A stretch of 64,000 nucleotides of DNA, from the NCBI GenBank assembly GCA_964247055.1, contig OZ176058.1, forward strand, positions 2,232,001 to 2,296,000. The letters are read 5' to 3'. The DNA is from Paragordius varius (Eukaryota > Animalia > Nematomorpha). Below the pieces are notes generated by a model, which was given only the letters and a program-made list of their open reading frames with translations, did not search any database and was not told the DNA's origin. Positions 38,920 through 51,321 of this stretch are shown piece by piece. Numbering within the stretch: the stretch's first letter is position 1; every line of letters begins with the position of its first letter. The translations under genes and the position numbers were made by a program.

Positions 38920-41900
38920 TTAATAATATCACTATTTTACTTTTTTTATATTTTGGTTCATTATCATTTTCCAACCAGACATCTTTTGACTGTTACATTA
39001 GCTATTAAAAAATTATAAAAAATGGCGACAAAAGGATTTTTTACAATTATACACTTTTAAAAATTTGTGTAATGCGCCTAGAATACTAAAAACGCATGTT
39101 TTTACTTGATCCTTAAATACTTTTTAAAATATCGAATTTCATATTCTGATATATAAAACCACCCTAAATAATAGAGTGTCAATACATTCATAAAAAGGAG
39201 TTAAAAATATTTGGATAAAAAGCTTCTGATTACAGAAATTAAATGCAATTTGATTTTGAGGATAGGCACTTATTTAACAAAGTTTTATCTGCTTTAAAGA
39301 TAGGTTTGGATCAACATAAGATTAACGCGCACAGTGGACACACTTAAAAAATATTCTAAAATATCCTGATGAAGAATTATCAGGATCTCATGGTCTTTTG
39401 GGTTTTGGGTATTTGAAAAAAATTTTTGGTGAAAGCTAAATGCTTTAATCTAAAAAATATCTTTATATTACACAGCGTTCGAAATCGGGGGCACGATAAA
39501 ATAGCCTGATGAAATATATATTTTAGTAGATGAATCTAACAGAATTATTATGACGCCTACTTTTGGGGATTATGAGTAATATTATAAAGTTATTCACACT
39601 TTTATGCTCAGTTTTCCATATCAGAAAATGGCAAAATTTTCCCCATTTATTAATAATTCTTTTTTAGTGGAAGCCAAATGCTTCGATCATCCAATAAATA
39701 TCACTATATCATAAACTAACTATAAAAAGGTAAACAATATTTTCAAAAATTTTATTTTTTAGATGTGATTCGAAAGCCCGAATTTTTTCGCTCTGCTAAT
39801 ATAAGCTAGTTCTTTTAAATGAATGCAAAAATGCAGAGGCAGGATAAAAATTTTAAATGAAATACTAAATTTTGACATCAACAAAATATTTTTTAAAATA
39901 CATAATCTTCAATGATTTAATTTATAGCCATGTTGAAAACATAGTATTTTGGCATGTGGAAACAGACGATCAGTTTAAATTAAAATATTCCGCCTTCAAA
40001 TTTATGTATAAATTACAAATTGTTTTTTTTTAAAAAGTTAATATTTATCATACTAAACAATGAATATTCATTTTTTGCTAATAGAATGTTTAACATTATC
40101 GAATTATTTTAAATAAAGTTATTGTATCATAAAGTTTTTTTAAAGTTTCCAAAATTGCACTTAATTTTACTATATATTATATATACTTACATCGAGGCCA
40201 TTTAAAATTTAAATATCTCAAAAAATATTTTTAGTATTGAATTAATAAATATTCTTTCTTTAGCCTTTTGAACGGGTAAACAATAAAGCCTAAAAATCTA
40301 ACTTTGTGGTCCATACCACCAAAGTAAGAAATATTGACACTTTTCATGACCATTTTATTTTTTTTGTGTGCGAGCTTATTCTTGTAAAAAATACTGTTTG
40401 AAAGTTGGTTAAATTAAATTATTTATCTAACATTGTTCTCCTGTATTAGATATAAAACTTATATTTTATATTTCATCTTGTAAATTTGAGACAGCTTCGA
40501 AACACGATGGAATTAAACAACTGATTTTATATTATATCAAATTATTGTTTGGCTTAAATTTTTTACATTTATTTGCCTGTGGCATTAGCGATATAAAAAA
40601 GTTTATAGAAAAAATGGCGACAAAAAGTTTGAGATGAAGATTTTATAATTTAACATTTTTTTTAATCATATACGCTTAAAAGGTTAAAGAACACTATTTT
40701 AATCGGCCTACTACCTTAAATAATTTGTGAGATAATGCGATTAGAAATCGTTTTGAGATATAATACTACGTCAAAAAGTGATGATGTAATGGTAATTTTT
40801 TTTGACCGCTTAAAAAAGAAAACTTATTTTTAGAATCAACTAACTACCCCTTAAATAATTTTTAAGATAATCAAATTATAAATCGTTCCTAGATATAATA
40901 CTACGTCAAAAAGTGATGATGTAATGGTAATTTTAAATATTTTTTTTGACCGCTTAAAAAAGAAAACTTATTTTTAATATCGACTAACTACCCCTTAAAT
41001 AATTTTAAGATAATCCAATTATAAATCGCTCTGAGAAAAATTAAGTCAAAAGGTAATAATGAAATAAATTTTGTTAAAATAATATTTTTTTGACCGCCTA
41101 AAAAAATTATTTTTAGACACGACTAACTACCCCTTAATTACTTTTTAAGATGATGCAATTACAAATTGTTCTATATACAACTACGTCTAAAGGTAATGAT
41201 AAAATAAAATTTTTTTGAATCATATCCACCTAAAAGGCTAAAGAAAACTATTTTTAAAATCGGTTTACGATTTTAAATAGTTTTAAAAAAAATAAATTAT
41301 AAATCGTTGTGAGATATAAAACTAGGCCAAAAGGTGATGATTAAATGTTAATTTTGTTAAAATAAAAAATTTTTTGCTTTTCATTATTATTTTTTTAATA
41401 AACAAATGTTTTGTTACTGTATATGAAATGAAAAATGAGACCCACAGAATATAAAATATTTAAGGAGCAAAAATAAACACAATTTTATTAAATTAATAAG
41501 AGAGTTTGGTAAATCACTTAAAATTTTAAAAGCGCCCGAAAATTTTTAAAATTAGGCTATATTGTACCACGGTTCAGATAAAAAAACGCCATCTAGTTTA
41601 CCATATTTGTAGGCAATACATGTGGGGGGGAAATTTTTTTTGACTGATATGCATGTATCTCAAGTCATGGCTTGCTTTCATGTGATAAAAAATATTTAAC
41701 ATTAGACGACGTAAGTCAAGCAAGAAAACTTGATTTCAAGCGATAAAAAATCATATAATCATTTAAAACTTAAAGAATTTAGCGTTGTGTAGGGCATACT
41801 TGACAGGTTTTAAAATATGGATAAAATTATTTTAAATTCATGTATATAATTTTGGTTTTCTATGTAATTAATACCTTTGTTAATACTTTAAACGGTTTAT

Positions 41901-44900
41901 TTGATAATTTTTGGCTAATTAACCTATTCAAATTGGGTGGATACAAAAGAGGATAAATTTTTGGAAAACTCTGCTAATATTTAAGAATAATGCATATAAA
42001 AATATGCTAAATTTTTCTATTCCGTAAACCCACAAGATAAATTGATTCACGAAAATTCTTAAAATTAATATTAAAGTATTAATTTTGTTTAAATTTTCGA
42101 ATCCTCGATAAAAGCTCAAGTTCACCATTAAAACACGTAAAAGGTTTTTCATCTAAATTTATTTTAAACTAGCGTAAATCTTGTGCTGTTACGCAGCCCG
42201 AGAAGTCCTTTACTTCTGAGGGGATGGTATTCGAAAAAAGGGATCAATAAATTAATCCATATATGTGGATTATTTCGAAACATTATTTAATAGCTATGAT
42301 CTCCTAGGATTTTCCAAATGTTGCATTCATACTAATATATTGTTTACTGGTGTAAAGGCCCCAAATTGAAGGCAACTGGAAAAACCCGCTATACTATAAT
42401 TTTTACCTTTTTCTGATTATTATTTAAAGCCTTTATTGAACTCGTAAGGCTTCTTGAGTTTTTTGAAAATTAGCTCCAAAGCCTTACCATTGTATGGTTT
42501 TAAACCGGTAGACCCCCATAGTTAATTTGTATGCCTTTATACGGAAAATATTTGCAATCATCTTTAAGACCATCGTCTCATGGGTTATTCTAAAAAATAC
42601 CTCAACACTAAATAATCGTTATATGATGGCGCATTTTTAGGGCATAAAGGCCCCAAATTAACAGCTAATAAATAAACGCTCGCCCTTAATTTTTACCTAG
42701 TTACGGGTAATATTTCAATCTTTTAATGAGATCATATGGCTTCATAATTTTCTGTAAATTAGCTCCAAAACAACGCAATTCATATATATGAGCGTAGTTT
42801 TTAGCGGGTAGCTCGGCAAGTATAAAAAAGCGTTCGGCACAATTTTTGCCTTTATATGGGGAATATCTGTAATTATCATGGATTCCATATGTTTTTGTTA
42901 GCCTCATAGGTTTTACAAAATTTGCCTCCAAAGTCAGGCTGTATCGATATGGTGGCGCAGTTGCTGGCGGATAGCCCCCTAGCCAGAGGTTAATATAAAA
43001 AAGATGTTCGATAAAAATTTTTGCCTTTACAGGAATGCTAGAATCATCATTTATTCCATATGTATCTAATAGTTTTTGAATAAATGGCTTCAAAACTAAA
43101 TAATAGTTTAATGATTGCTCATTTATAGAACGTAAAGGGCCTAATTAACCGCTGATTCAAAAAAACTGCTTGACTTAAATTTTTGGCTTTTTCGGGTAAT
43201 ATTTCAAACCCTTATTGAGCTTATATGACCTAATAAGTCTCAAAATTAACTCCTAAACAACATTTCGATATAATGGCGCAGTTTTAAGCGGGTAGCTCCC
43301 TACCAAGGGCGAAACAAAAAACGTACCTGGATTTATATTGAATCCATATCGTGGCAAAAAGTCATTCTATGGTAGCGCTTTTTCTGGGCATGAAGGGCAT
43401 AATTAACGGCTAATTTTAAAAAACGTACGACCTAAATTTTTGCCCTATTACGGTTAATATTTTAAACACCTATTTAACTCAAATGGCTCGATAGTTTTTC
43501 AGATATAGCCCCAAAGGTACGCTATTTCGATATGACGGGGCATTTTTTAGCGGGTATCTCCCTATAGCCAATATAAAAAAACGCACGACTAAAATTTTTA
43601 CCTTTTAACAGAGAATACCTGGAATCCTCATTAAATTTTTACGGTCTGATAGCTTGAGCGAAAAATAGATTCAAAAAATTATTTTTGTGGACATAATTTT
43701 TTTTGAAAAAAGTGGCAATTTACGGGGGGAGCGGGTAAAAAGGGGGCCTAAATCAAAAAAGCGAGCCGACTATATTCGGCGCAATCAAAATTAAGTAAAA
43801 AATATTCATATTTGAAATCGAATGGTCCAACACGGTTTCCGGAAAATTTTTCAAATACAAGATTTTTGTGGATTGTGTTTTCAAAAAAAACCGTTTTTTA
43901 CACCGGGTGGGCCTTAACTGGGGGCCTAATTGGAAAAAAGGGCGAAGCTATTGTCAGGGCATTCATTAATGATTATACTTTTTTTGACATTTGAATGGGT
44001 TTACCGGTTTTCCGGAAACAGATCATTATGCCACCACTTATGATTTTTATAAATATATATATAGATTTTTTGAAGCATGCGCTTCAAAAGCTAAAGAAAG
44101 TATATTTCATTACATAAAATACTTTTTATGATATAATTAATTTTCAAATCGTTTTGATATATAAATCATACGCCAAAAGGTATGATGAAATGTTAATTTT
44201 ATTTGAATAAAAATTTTTCTAAATGTTACTTTTGTGTTTAAACCATTTCTTATTCCATGAATGATAAATGACACCGACTGATCACTCAATATATAACGAG
44301 AAAAAATGAACCCATAAATTCTATAAAATTATTAATAGAGTTTTGTAAAACACATTAAATTTAAAATACACTGGAATTTTCTAAAAATGCGCCATCTACT
44401 TTATGGGCACTACATTGAAAAAATATGCGTATCTCAAAGCCGTTTAAACATGTTAAAGATTATATTTTTTTGGTTTATATGTAATAAATACGTAACTTGT
44501 CATCCAATTATATCTGAAAAAAATATTTAAAAGGAATATCTCCAATAATTTATTCATATTTACCCTTAATTTTCTTATAACCTATCATGGGTGAAACGAA
44601 ACATAATTAATATCTAGGTGACACGTCCTTTAAAAGATAAAAGCCGGCGAGAAATTTTATTTACACTTACAACAAAATTCTCTGCCACTCAAGGTTCTTG
44701 CATTTTCTGATATTTACCATCATTTCAACAGTAAATCTGAAAAAAAAATTTTAATTTCACCTAAGAATTTTGTATAATTTAATTTTTTGATTATGCCCTC
44801 TTTATCAAAATTTTACTAAAAAATGTGCTTCTCTAAACAAGAAATGCCCATTTGAACTATATCATTCGGAAGAGTAATGAAAACTCTATAAAATGGATAC

Positions 44901-46527
44901 TATATAATTTACATAGACAGTTAATATTCGAGATCGGAAGTGACAAACGCGCGAAGCGAGAGCGGTTTTCTTATTTATATATTTTAAAAACTAATTGATG
45001 AAAATAGCTTAAACTGTGTCTAGATGGCGATGAATGTCCCAAAAAGATAACACGATAAAGATTTTTAGGCTACAACATTTATTTATTGCTCTTATGACAT
45101 TCAAAACAGCCATTCTTAAATTTTTGTTTGTTAATAAATTACCATGTCATGAATATTAATTTATTTTCTTTAGAAAGCTCATTAATTTAAAGGCTATAAA
45201 TCTAGTTTGATGGATTCTTGATCTATAACGCTTATGTATTACAGTTATAGATATGCATTTTAGCATCCACTAGGTAAAATAATTTTGATAATATAAATTT
45301 TATTAAAAAAGCAAACCAAAAACTTTTTCAAAGATTTTTTTAAATTTTATACTAGTGTAACCCTAATAATTATATTAAAATAATTTATATGATTTTTAAG
45401 TTAGTTAGTCTGTGAAAACATTTGTATTTAGGGTTGAAAATTTTGACCATATAAAGCCAAATTACTTTTACATCAAATTGATTTAAATAACCAATTACCA
45501 TTCGAAAGATACAGTTTTTCGCGCTCTTTCGAATGATATAAACGTGGCTCTTCTAAATTTTTGATTTTATAAATTTCGAGTTTAATGTTAAATCGGGGCC
45601 AAAAAATATCGATAAACCTCTAATAAAATAAGACCAATTTTCTTTTCAGATATACTATGTATGTAATTAAATTTTTAAATTTACAAGAATGGCAGTTAAA
45701 AAAAGTCAAAAATTGTTGTATAGTAATGTGACCAGATATTTTTAACTTGAACGCAGTTTAAAATTAAAACATACTTTGAATTGTTTTTACACACCATCGG
45801 TTTGGAATTCCAGTTTCCACAAAAAAAACCTAATGAAATATATATATATATATATATATATATTCTGATATGAATATATCGGGATTATCATGGTGTTTTG
45901 GTTTAAACCTTAACGAGTTATTAAAGAAAGTTATTTACAGCATGTGCTCCGTATAAAATTGCAAAAGGGGCGCATTTTTTCAAATATATTATTTGATGAA
46001 TGTTAATTTATTTCAAAAAATATCATTAAAATATAACATAAACTATTTAATATTTTTATTTATAATCAATTTTAAAACAATATTTTAAAAATTTTAAATT
46101 TTTAGATGTGGCTCTAAAAGTCCCACTTTTTTTGGCTCTTTTAAAATGAACTGTTCTCTTAAAATAAACGTAAAATTATTTCATACTATTTTGAGCATGA
46201 TGGAAACGATATAAATGCTTGAGATGTTATAACATTTTATATATATAATTCAATAATGCTAATTTCTCACTCGGATTTTGATTATTCGTTCGTTTTCAAA
46301 ATTATGTTAAATAAAAATTGTTTTCTTCACAAAAATGCACCAAAATTTCCAAGCAAACATTTAACTCTATGTTCAACATCATCGAATTATTTGTAAAAAG
46401 AATTTTATTATATTTCAAAGCGTTATATAGTTTCCATCATGCTTCAAAACAGTTTGAAGTACGCTTCAACAAAATATATCAGTTTTATTTATGCAAAAAA
46501 AATGAGATAACCAATAAAAATTAATGT

Positions 46528-46750
46528 TTAGAGTCGTGATGGTATAGTAGGTAGGGCGCCGGACTCTTACACTGCATGACAGAGTTTGAACCTCGAAACT
46601 ACGCAATTTTTTCATCATCACTGTGAGCCCTGGGTAGGCGAGTGTTAAAGCCTTCACAAGTCCGGATACAATTTAAGTCCTTGCACTTTAATTAAAAAGG
46701 AAAAAAGAGACTCTAAACTGTATAAAAAAATAAATAGGAAAGAAAATTAA
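46528..46750 (+). mobile_element. tRNA-derived SINE candidate
   Basis: A-box-like TGGTATAGTAGGTAG and B-box-like GAGTTTGAACCTC at tRNA spacing, followed by a body of about 100 bp and an A-rich tail. The anticodon and acceptor stems do not close, so this is not a tRNA gene. Confidence 0.5.
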
Positions 46751-48239
46751 GAAATATCATGCCTACCACCTAATGAGTATGGATATCGTAAAAACTCTTT
46801 ATTTTTTACGAAAACAGATTATTTCCAAATCATCTAATAAAAAATTTTTCTATTAAATTTTGCATTTAATAATTGTAACAAAAAATAACTTTCTAACTAT
46901 CAAACATTTATAAAAATATCATAAATTATATTTTTAATTTTAAACGAAGCCCTAAGTGAAAGAACCATTTGCTTGAATCTTACGGTGTAGAGTCCGAGAT
47001 TTATAGTTTCGTCACTGCGCGAAAGGTCGGTAATCCTATGTTTTATGTATATTTCGGGCATTAGTTTTGTACCTCAAAATGCATTTCTTTACAAATTATG
47101 AGGTTATTTTTACAGAGGGTACTATATTAAATTCTAAAATAATTTTTTTGAATAAATAAAAGAAAAATAATATATATTTAAAAATATTTCTTTTTCAAAA
47201 GCAGTACAAAAGTGGGCGCAGCACAGGCGCAGTTTTTTCCAGAAAACCCAGTACTGTACTGCGAAAAACAGCCTATCTTGTCCCTATATTGTATAGTGTT
47301 ATATATTTTACAGTATATAAGTAAATTTTATTGTCGACAAATTTGCTGATATAATCTTTCCGAAATTTGACAATGTTATTAAAAATATTAATGGTATCAT
47401 GTTTGAAATCTAATAATATAGTCGGATTTTAAATCCGAAAATACGGCTCGATAAGCCATTTGTGTTGGGTACCTCTGGTTAAAAATGTTAACCTTTTACT
47501 TTTTACTATTTGTTTTAAATATTTGTATTATTATATTGATTCTCATATTTAGCGAATTACGATATCAGAGTTCTTATTTTGGCCTTTTCCATACCTATTT
47601 GAAGATGTAGGATCTTTATTATAAAACGACAATTATTATTGACTTTTTCGGAATATATTTTTGTTAAAAGAATAAAACTTACAGACCTTTTTTGATATGT
47701 CATTAGATATTATTTTATATAAATATTTAATTGAAATCAATACACAAGGTTTAAGCGATATTATGTGCGGCCCACAAAAAATTTTATTAATCTCAAATTT
47801 TAGTAAAATTCTTTCACAAATCTTTAGATCAGTCAATCAACTTTTTTTTCCATACGCATTTAACAGTTTAGCATTTTAAAATTAGGAAGAAGTATTTATA
47901 AACACCCATATATATATATATATATATATAAATTGCGGCCCGTCAAACATCAGAGTTAAAAATACGGTGCGAAGCCATTTGTATTGGGTACTACTGATTT
48001 AAGCATGTAAAAAAATGAAAAACTCAATATATACCAATAGACATTTGTTATGTTTAATAACTTAATTGTTTTTGTTAACTAAACTTAATTGATTTTTTTA
48101 ACTTATATATGCTTTATGAATGCTTTCATCAAAATATTATAATGTTTAACCTTTCGCAATTATACAACCTTGCTCTAAAACTATATATATAGTGAAATAT
48201 ATTTTATACACATATATTTTTTATATTTACAATAAATTA

Positions 48240-48523
48240 CCGTAAAAATTGAAATTATACGGACAAAAACAAAATTATATTTTTTTTTCAAAAGGCAACC
48301 ATACTATTTAAAGTCTTAATTATTTTAAATATATCTAATTTATTGTTTTGAACTGCAAAGTGTAAAATAGAATATATATTGGTAACACAATTAATTACAT
48401 GTTTTACGATTGTTATAAAAGCTTTTAATAGCATACATAAATTTAGGTTTGAAGTGTGGATGACTTTTGAAAAAAATGTCTTTATATTTTTACGTTTTAT
48501 CCGTATAATTTTAATTTTTACTG
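48240..48523. mobile_element. TA-flanked MITE, same family as 15854-16250
   Basis: TA|CCGTAAAAATTGAAATTATACGGACAAAA ... TTTTATCCGTATAATTTTAATTTTTACTG|TA. Confidence 0.75.
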
Positions 48524-48946
48524 TACTTTCATTTTGATAACTGTAATAACATCTTAATCTAAATAAAACCCCATTTAACCAATAAATAACCGAAATGATC
48601 AATAGACGCTCTCGTAAATGTATGGCAATACCTAAAATTGTTAAAATTTTAGGTTTGTGGGCTTAATTACTTAGTCAAAAATCTTTAAAATTGGACTTAA
48701 GCTTTAAATGTATGAAAATTTTATAAAGGTATTTATGGTATATACCATTTACAGTTAAAATTTAACCTTGAACAATTCGAATTCATCTCGACCAATTCAA
48801 CTTCACCCTAAAATAAATTATGTGTTTTTTAATATTAAAAAACGCCTATATTTTTATATTAAATATATTGATTTTTGTTTAAAATTTAAATAAAATAATA
48901 AAATATTCCATAAGAAATTATTTCTATTGATGATGATTTATATTCA

Positions 48947-48978
<32 letters not shown>

Positions 48979-49115
48979 CCTATTATTTTTGTAGATTCTT
49001 ATAAATAAATTTATAAAATTGTAATTAAATAGTTTATGTGTGAAAAATCAATGTTAAGTACGGTTGTACTTTTTATAACGTATTTTCCGTATATAAAATT
49101 CCAATCTTTTTATTA

Positions 49116-49307
49116 CAGTAGGAGTAAGTATATATATTGCTAGAAAGTTATTAATTATTTCCAAATATCATATGGAAAGAGAATTATTATTGGCTTATAA
49201 TAGTAAAAAGTGAAAAAATAATTATAGGCCAATAATACTCCCCTTTGTTGTATATACTTTTTGGCAATAATTAATAACTTTCTAACAATGTATACTTATT
49301 CATACTG
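49116..49307. mobile_element. Fold-back Tc1-like MITE (almost full-length hairpin)
   Basis: TA|CAGTAGGAGTAAGTATA...TAGAAAGTTATTAATTATT pairs with AATAATTAATAACTTTCTA...TATACTTATTCATACTG|TA. The inner arms TATTATTGGCTTATAAT / ATTATAGGCCAATAATA also pair. Confidence 0.85.
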
Positions 49308-49849
49308 TAAATTAACAAAAGTAAAAGGATATACGTTTGAAAATTTTTTAATTAAACGGTAATTAAGGAAAAAATTAAATTGTTTTTATATGTGGTACGA
49401 TAATTCTTTAAATGAGAAACTATTGTCGTTTTTAAGTAAATATTTATTTTATCTAATAATTTGAATGATAATAACATTATTTACCCTTAATTTACCATTT
49501 CAACATATCATATTAAAAAAATTAAACTTTTGAAAACTTATTTTTGACATGCAAATTGTGTAATAATAATTTTATATATCAATGAGGATATTAACACTAA
49601 CCCTTATTTGACAACCCAGTATGGAGATCTATTTAAAAAAATCAGGTTTACTAAATATTATTGGATATCTTTTGAAAAATTATTTGTCTGCTAGTATTGA
49701 TCTGTAAACTTCTCATTTTCTGGTATAATAAGTAAATTTTTTTCAAATATGAATTCTAGTGTTTTCAAAATATATGTTTTTTTATCACTTTTCTCATAAA
49801 ACTTAAGGCATTTTTGAAAGTAATCAAGTGCAGTCTCTTTAACTTTTAA

Positions 49850-50230
49850 AGTCCCTAGTTTATTTGATAAATATATTATTTTTAAATGTTTTTTAGTTTA
49901 TAAAACAATAATAGCGTGGATTAGAACCGAAAACACTGTATTGAACGCTTTTGCTAAATTATAATTCTATGTTTTAGCGTCATTTAGTTATTGTTTCCAT
50001 TTTAAATATTTTATGGATATTTTTTATAGGAGTTGTGAAATTACGATACTAAGCCCCTTGTTATCATCCCTGTCAGTACTGGACCGTTTAAAGGATTTTA
50101 AAAGTCTCCTGAAATTTAAGTCTCCTTAAAAAGAACAAAGATATTATAAATTGTACATATATCCTTAATTAATTAAATAAAAATTGGTATAATAGGAATC
50201 GCACACATTCAATATAATAGAAAAAGATCC
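49850..50230 (-). pseudogene. Heavily decayed non-LTR (CR1/L2/Jockey-like) reverse transcriptase fragment
   Basis: The minus strand gives KGLS...LAKAFNTV...H..LLFYKLK...YLSN across stops and frameshifts, in the order of the (G)FRKGxST / DLSKAFDTV / HxxLLxKL / YLSNR motifs. Confidence 0.45.
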
Positions 50231-51321
50231 ATATATTTTTTAACTAAATAATGACCCAAAACTATTTGGTTATAAACTTGTCCCATATATGTAAAACCAG
50301 GCCAGAAATGACTCACAAATCATAAAAATTTATTATAAAATAACTCTGATTTTCCTATAAAATGAAAAATTAATTTTAAAATGCGAATATTTCATTCATC
50401 CTTGAAGATATTGACAAATTCACCACTTAATTATAAATTGCGTGTGTTTGGGTTTAACTTGATATACACCTTTTGTATTTTAAGAGTGTCCTTGATCTTA
50501 TTAAGTTTGGATTTACCATAAATTTGCATGTATTTATTTATAACACATGTATACATTTAAAATTTTTATTTTTCATTTAAAAACCATCTTCTTGTTTCGA
50601 ACTAATATTTTCCAATTAAGTAATGATTAAATTATAAATGTCCAAAATTGTAATTAACCCAGAAATATAATTTTTTCAATCAGCTATTAAAATCTTATTA
50701 AAATAATATATTTTAAAAACTTAAACAAATATACGGTTTCTGAATTATTAAATGTTGATAATAATATAATTTGTTTAAATTCAGAGAATAGGTTAAAAAT
50801 AATAAAATATATATATGATACACAGTTTGACTGATAAAAGTTATAACAAAACAAAAAAGTCAAAGGACCATCTTTAAGTGTTCAAGAACTAAAGTGCTCA
50901 AAGATAAAGTGTTCAAGGAACTTGAAGTGCTAAAGGACCAACTTGAAATGGTAAAAAGACCAACTTACAATATATTCATAAGTAAGATAAACTGCCATAC
51001 CTATGCGTTAAAAATTACAAATTTTTATTTGCCAATACATAAATTTATAATGTAAACATCCATATATGGTGTGGTTATACAATTCCATTTTTGCGAAATA
51101 ATACACAAGAATTGATAAGTATTATTTTCAAATCAAAATTCCATATTTTTCCTCTCAAAATACTATAGAGCGCGCCCACATTTTCATATTCTCTCTTTTG
51201 TGAGGAATAATACTTTATTTTGATTTAAAAATTTATTTATATGCAGGAAAAAAAGAAGAAAAACAAAAAAAAGTCTGAAATTATTTGGTCATAATTTGCT
51301 CAAAACTGCATATTTTTTTGT

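Larger units (their letters stand above)
18480..45290 (+). repeat. Four-copy tandem macro-repeat, unit about 6.2-6.9 kb, a composite of nested non-autonomous elements
   Basis: Collinear markers: GAAATCGGGGGCAC (about 19511, 26452, 32649, 39481), GAGACCCAC (about 21874, 28037, 34795, 41437), ATCCATATATGTGGA (about 22702, 28854, 35650, 42255) and GACACCGACTGATCA (about 24279, 30557, 37359, 44271). Approximate units are 18480-25330, 25330-31560, 31560-38450 and 38455-45290. Confidence 0.92.

Noticed and set aside
42701-43093. 130-aa minus-strand ORF in repeat unit 4
   Set aside because: It lies in the GC-richer subrepeat array, is not open in the other units, and has no transposase or other motif.
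46528-46600. Functional tRNA gene
   Set aside because: The promoter boxes are present, but the acceptor and anticodon stems do not pair. Recorded as a SINE head instead.
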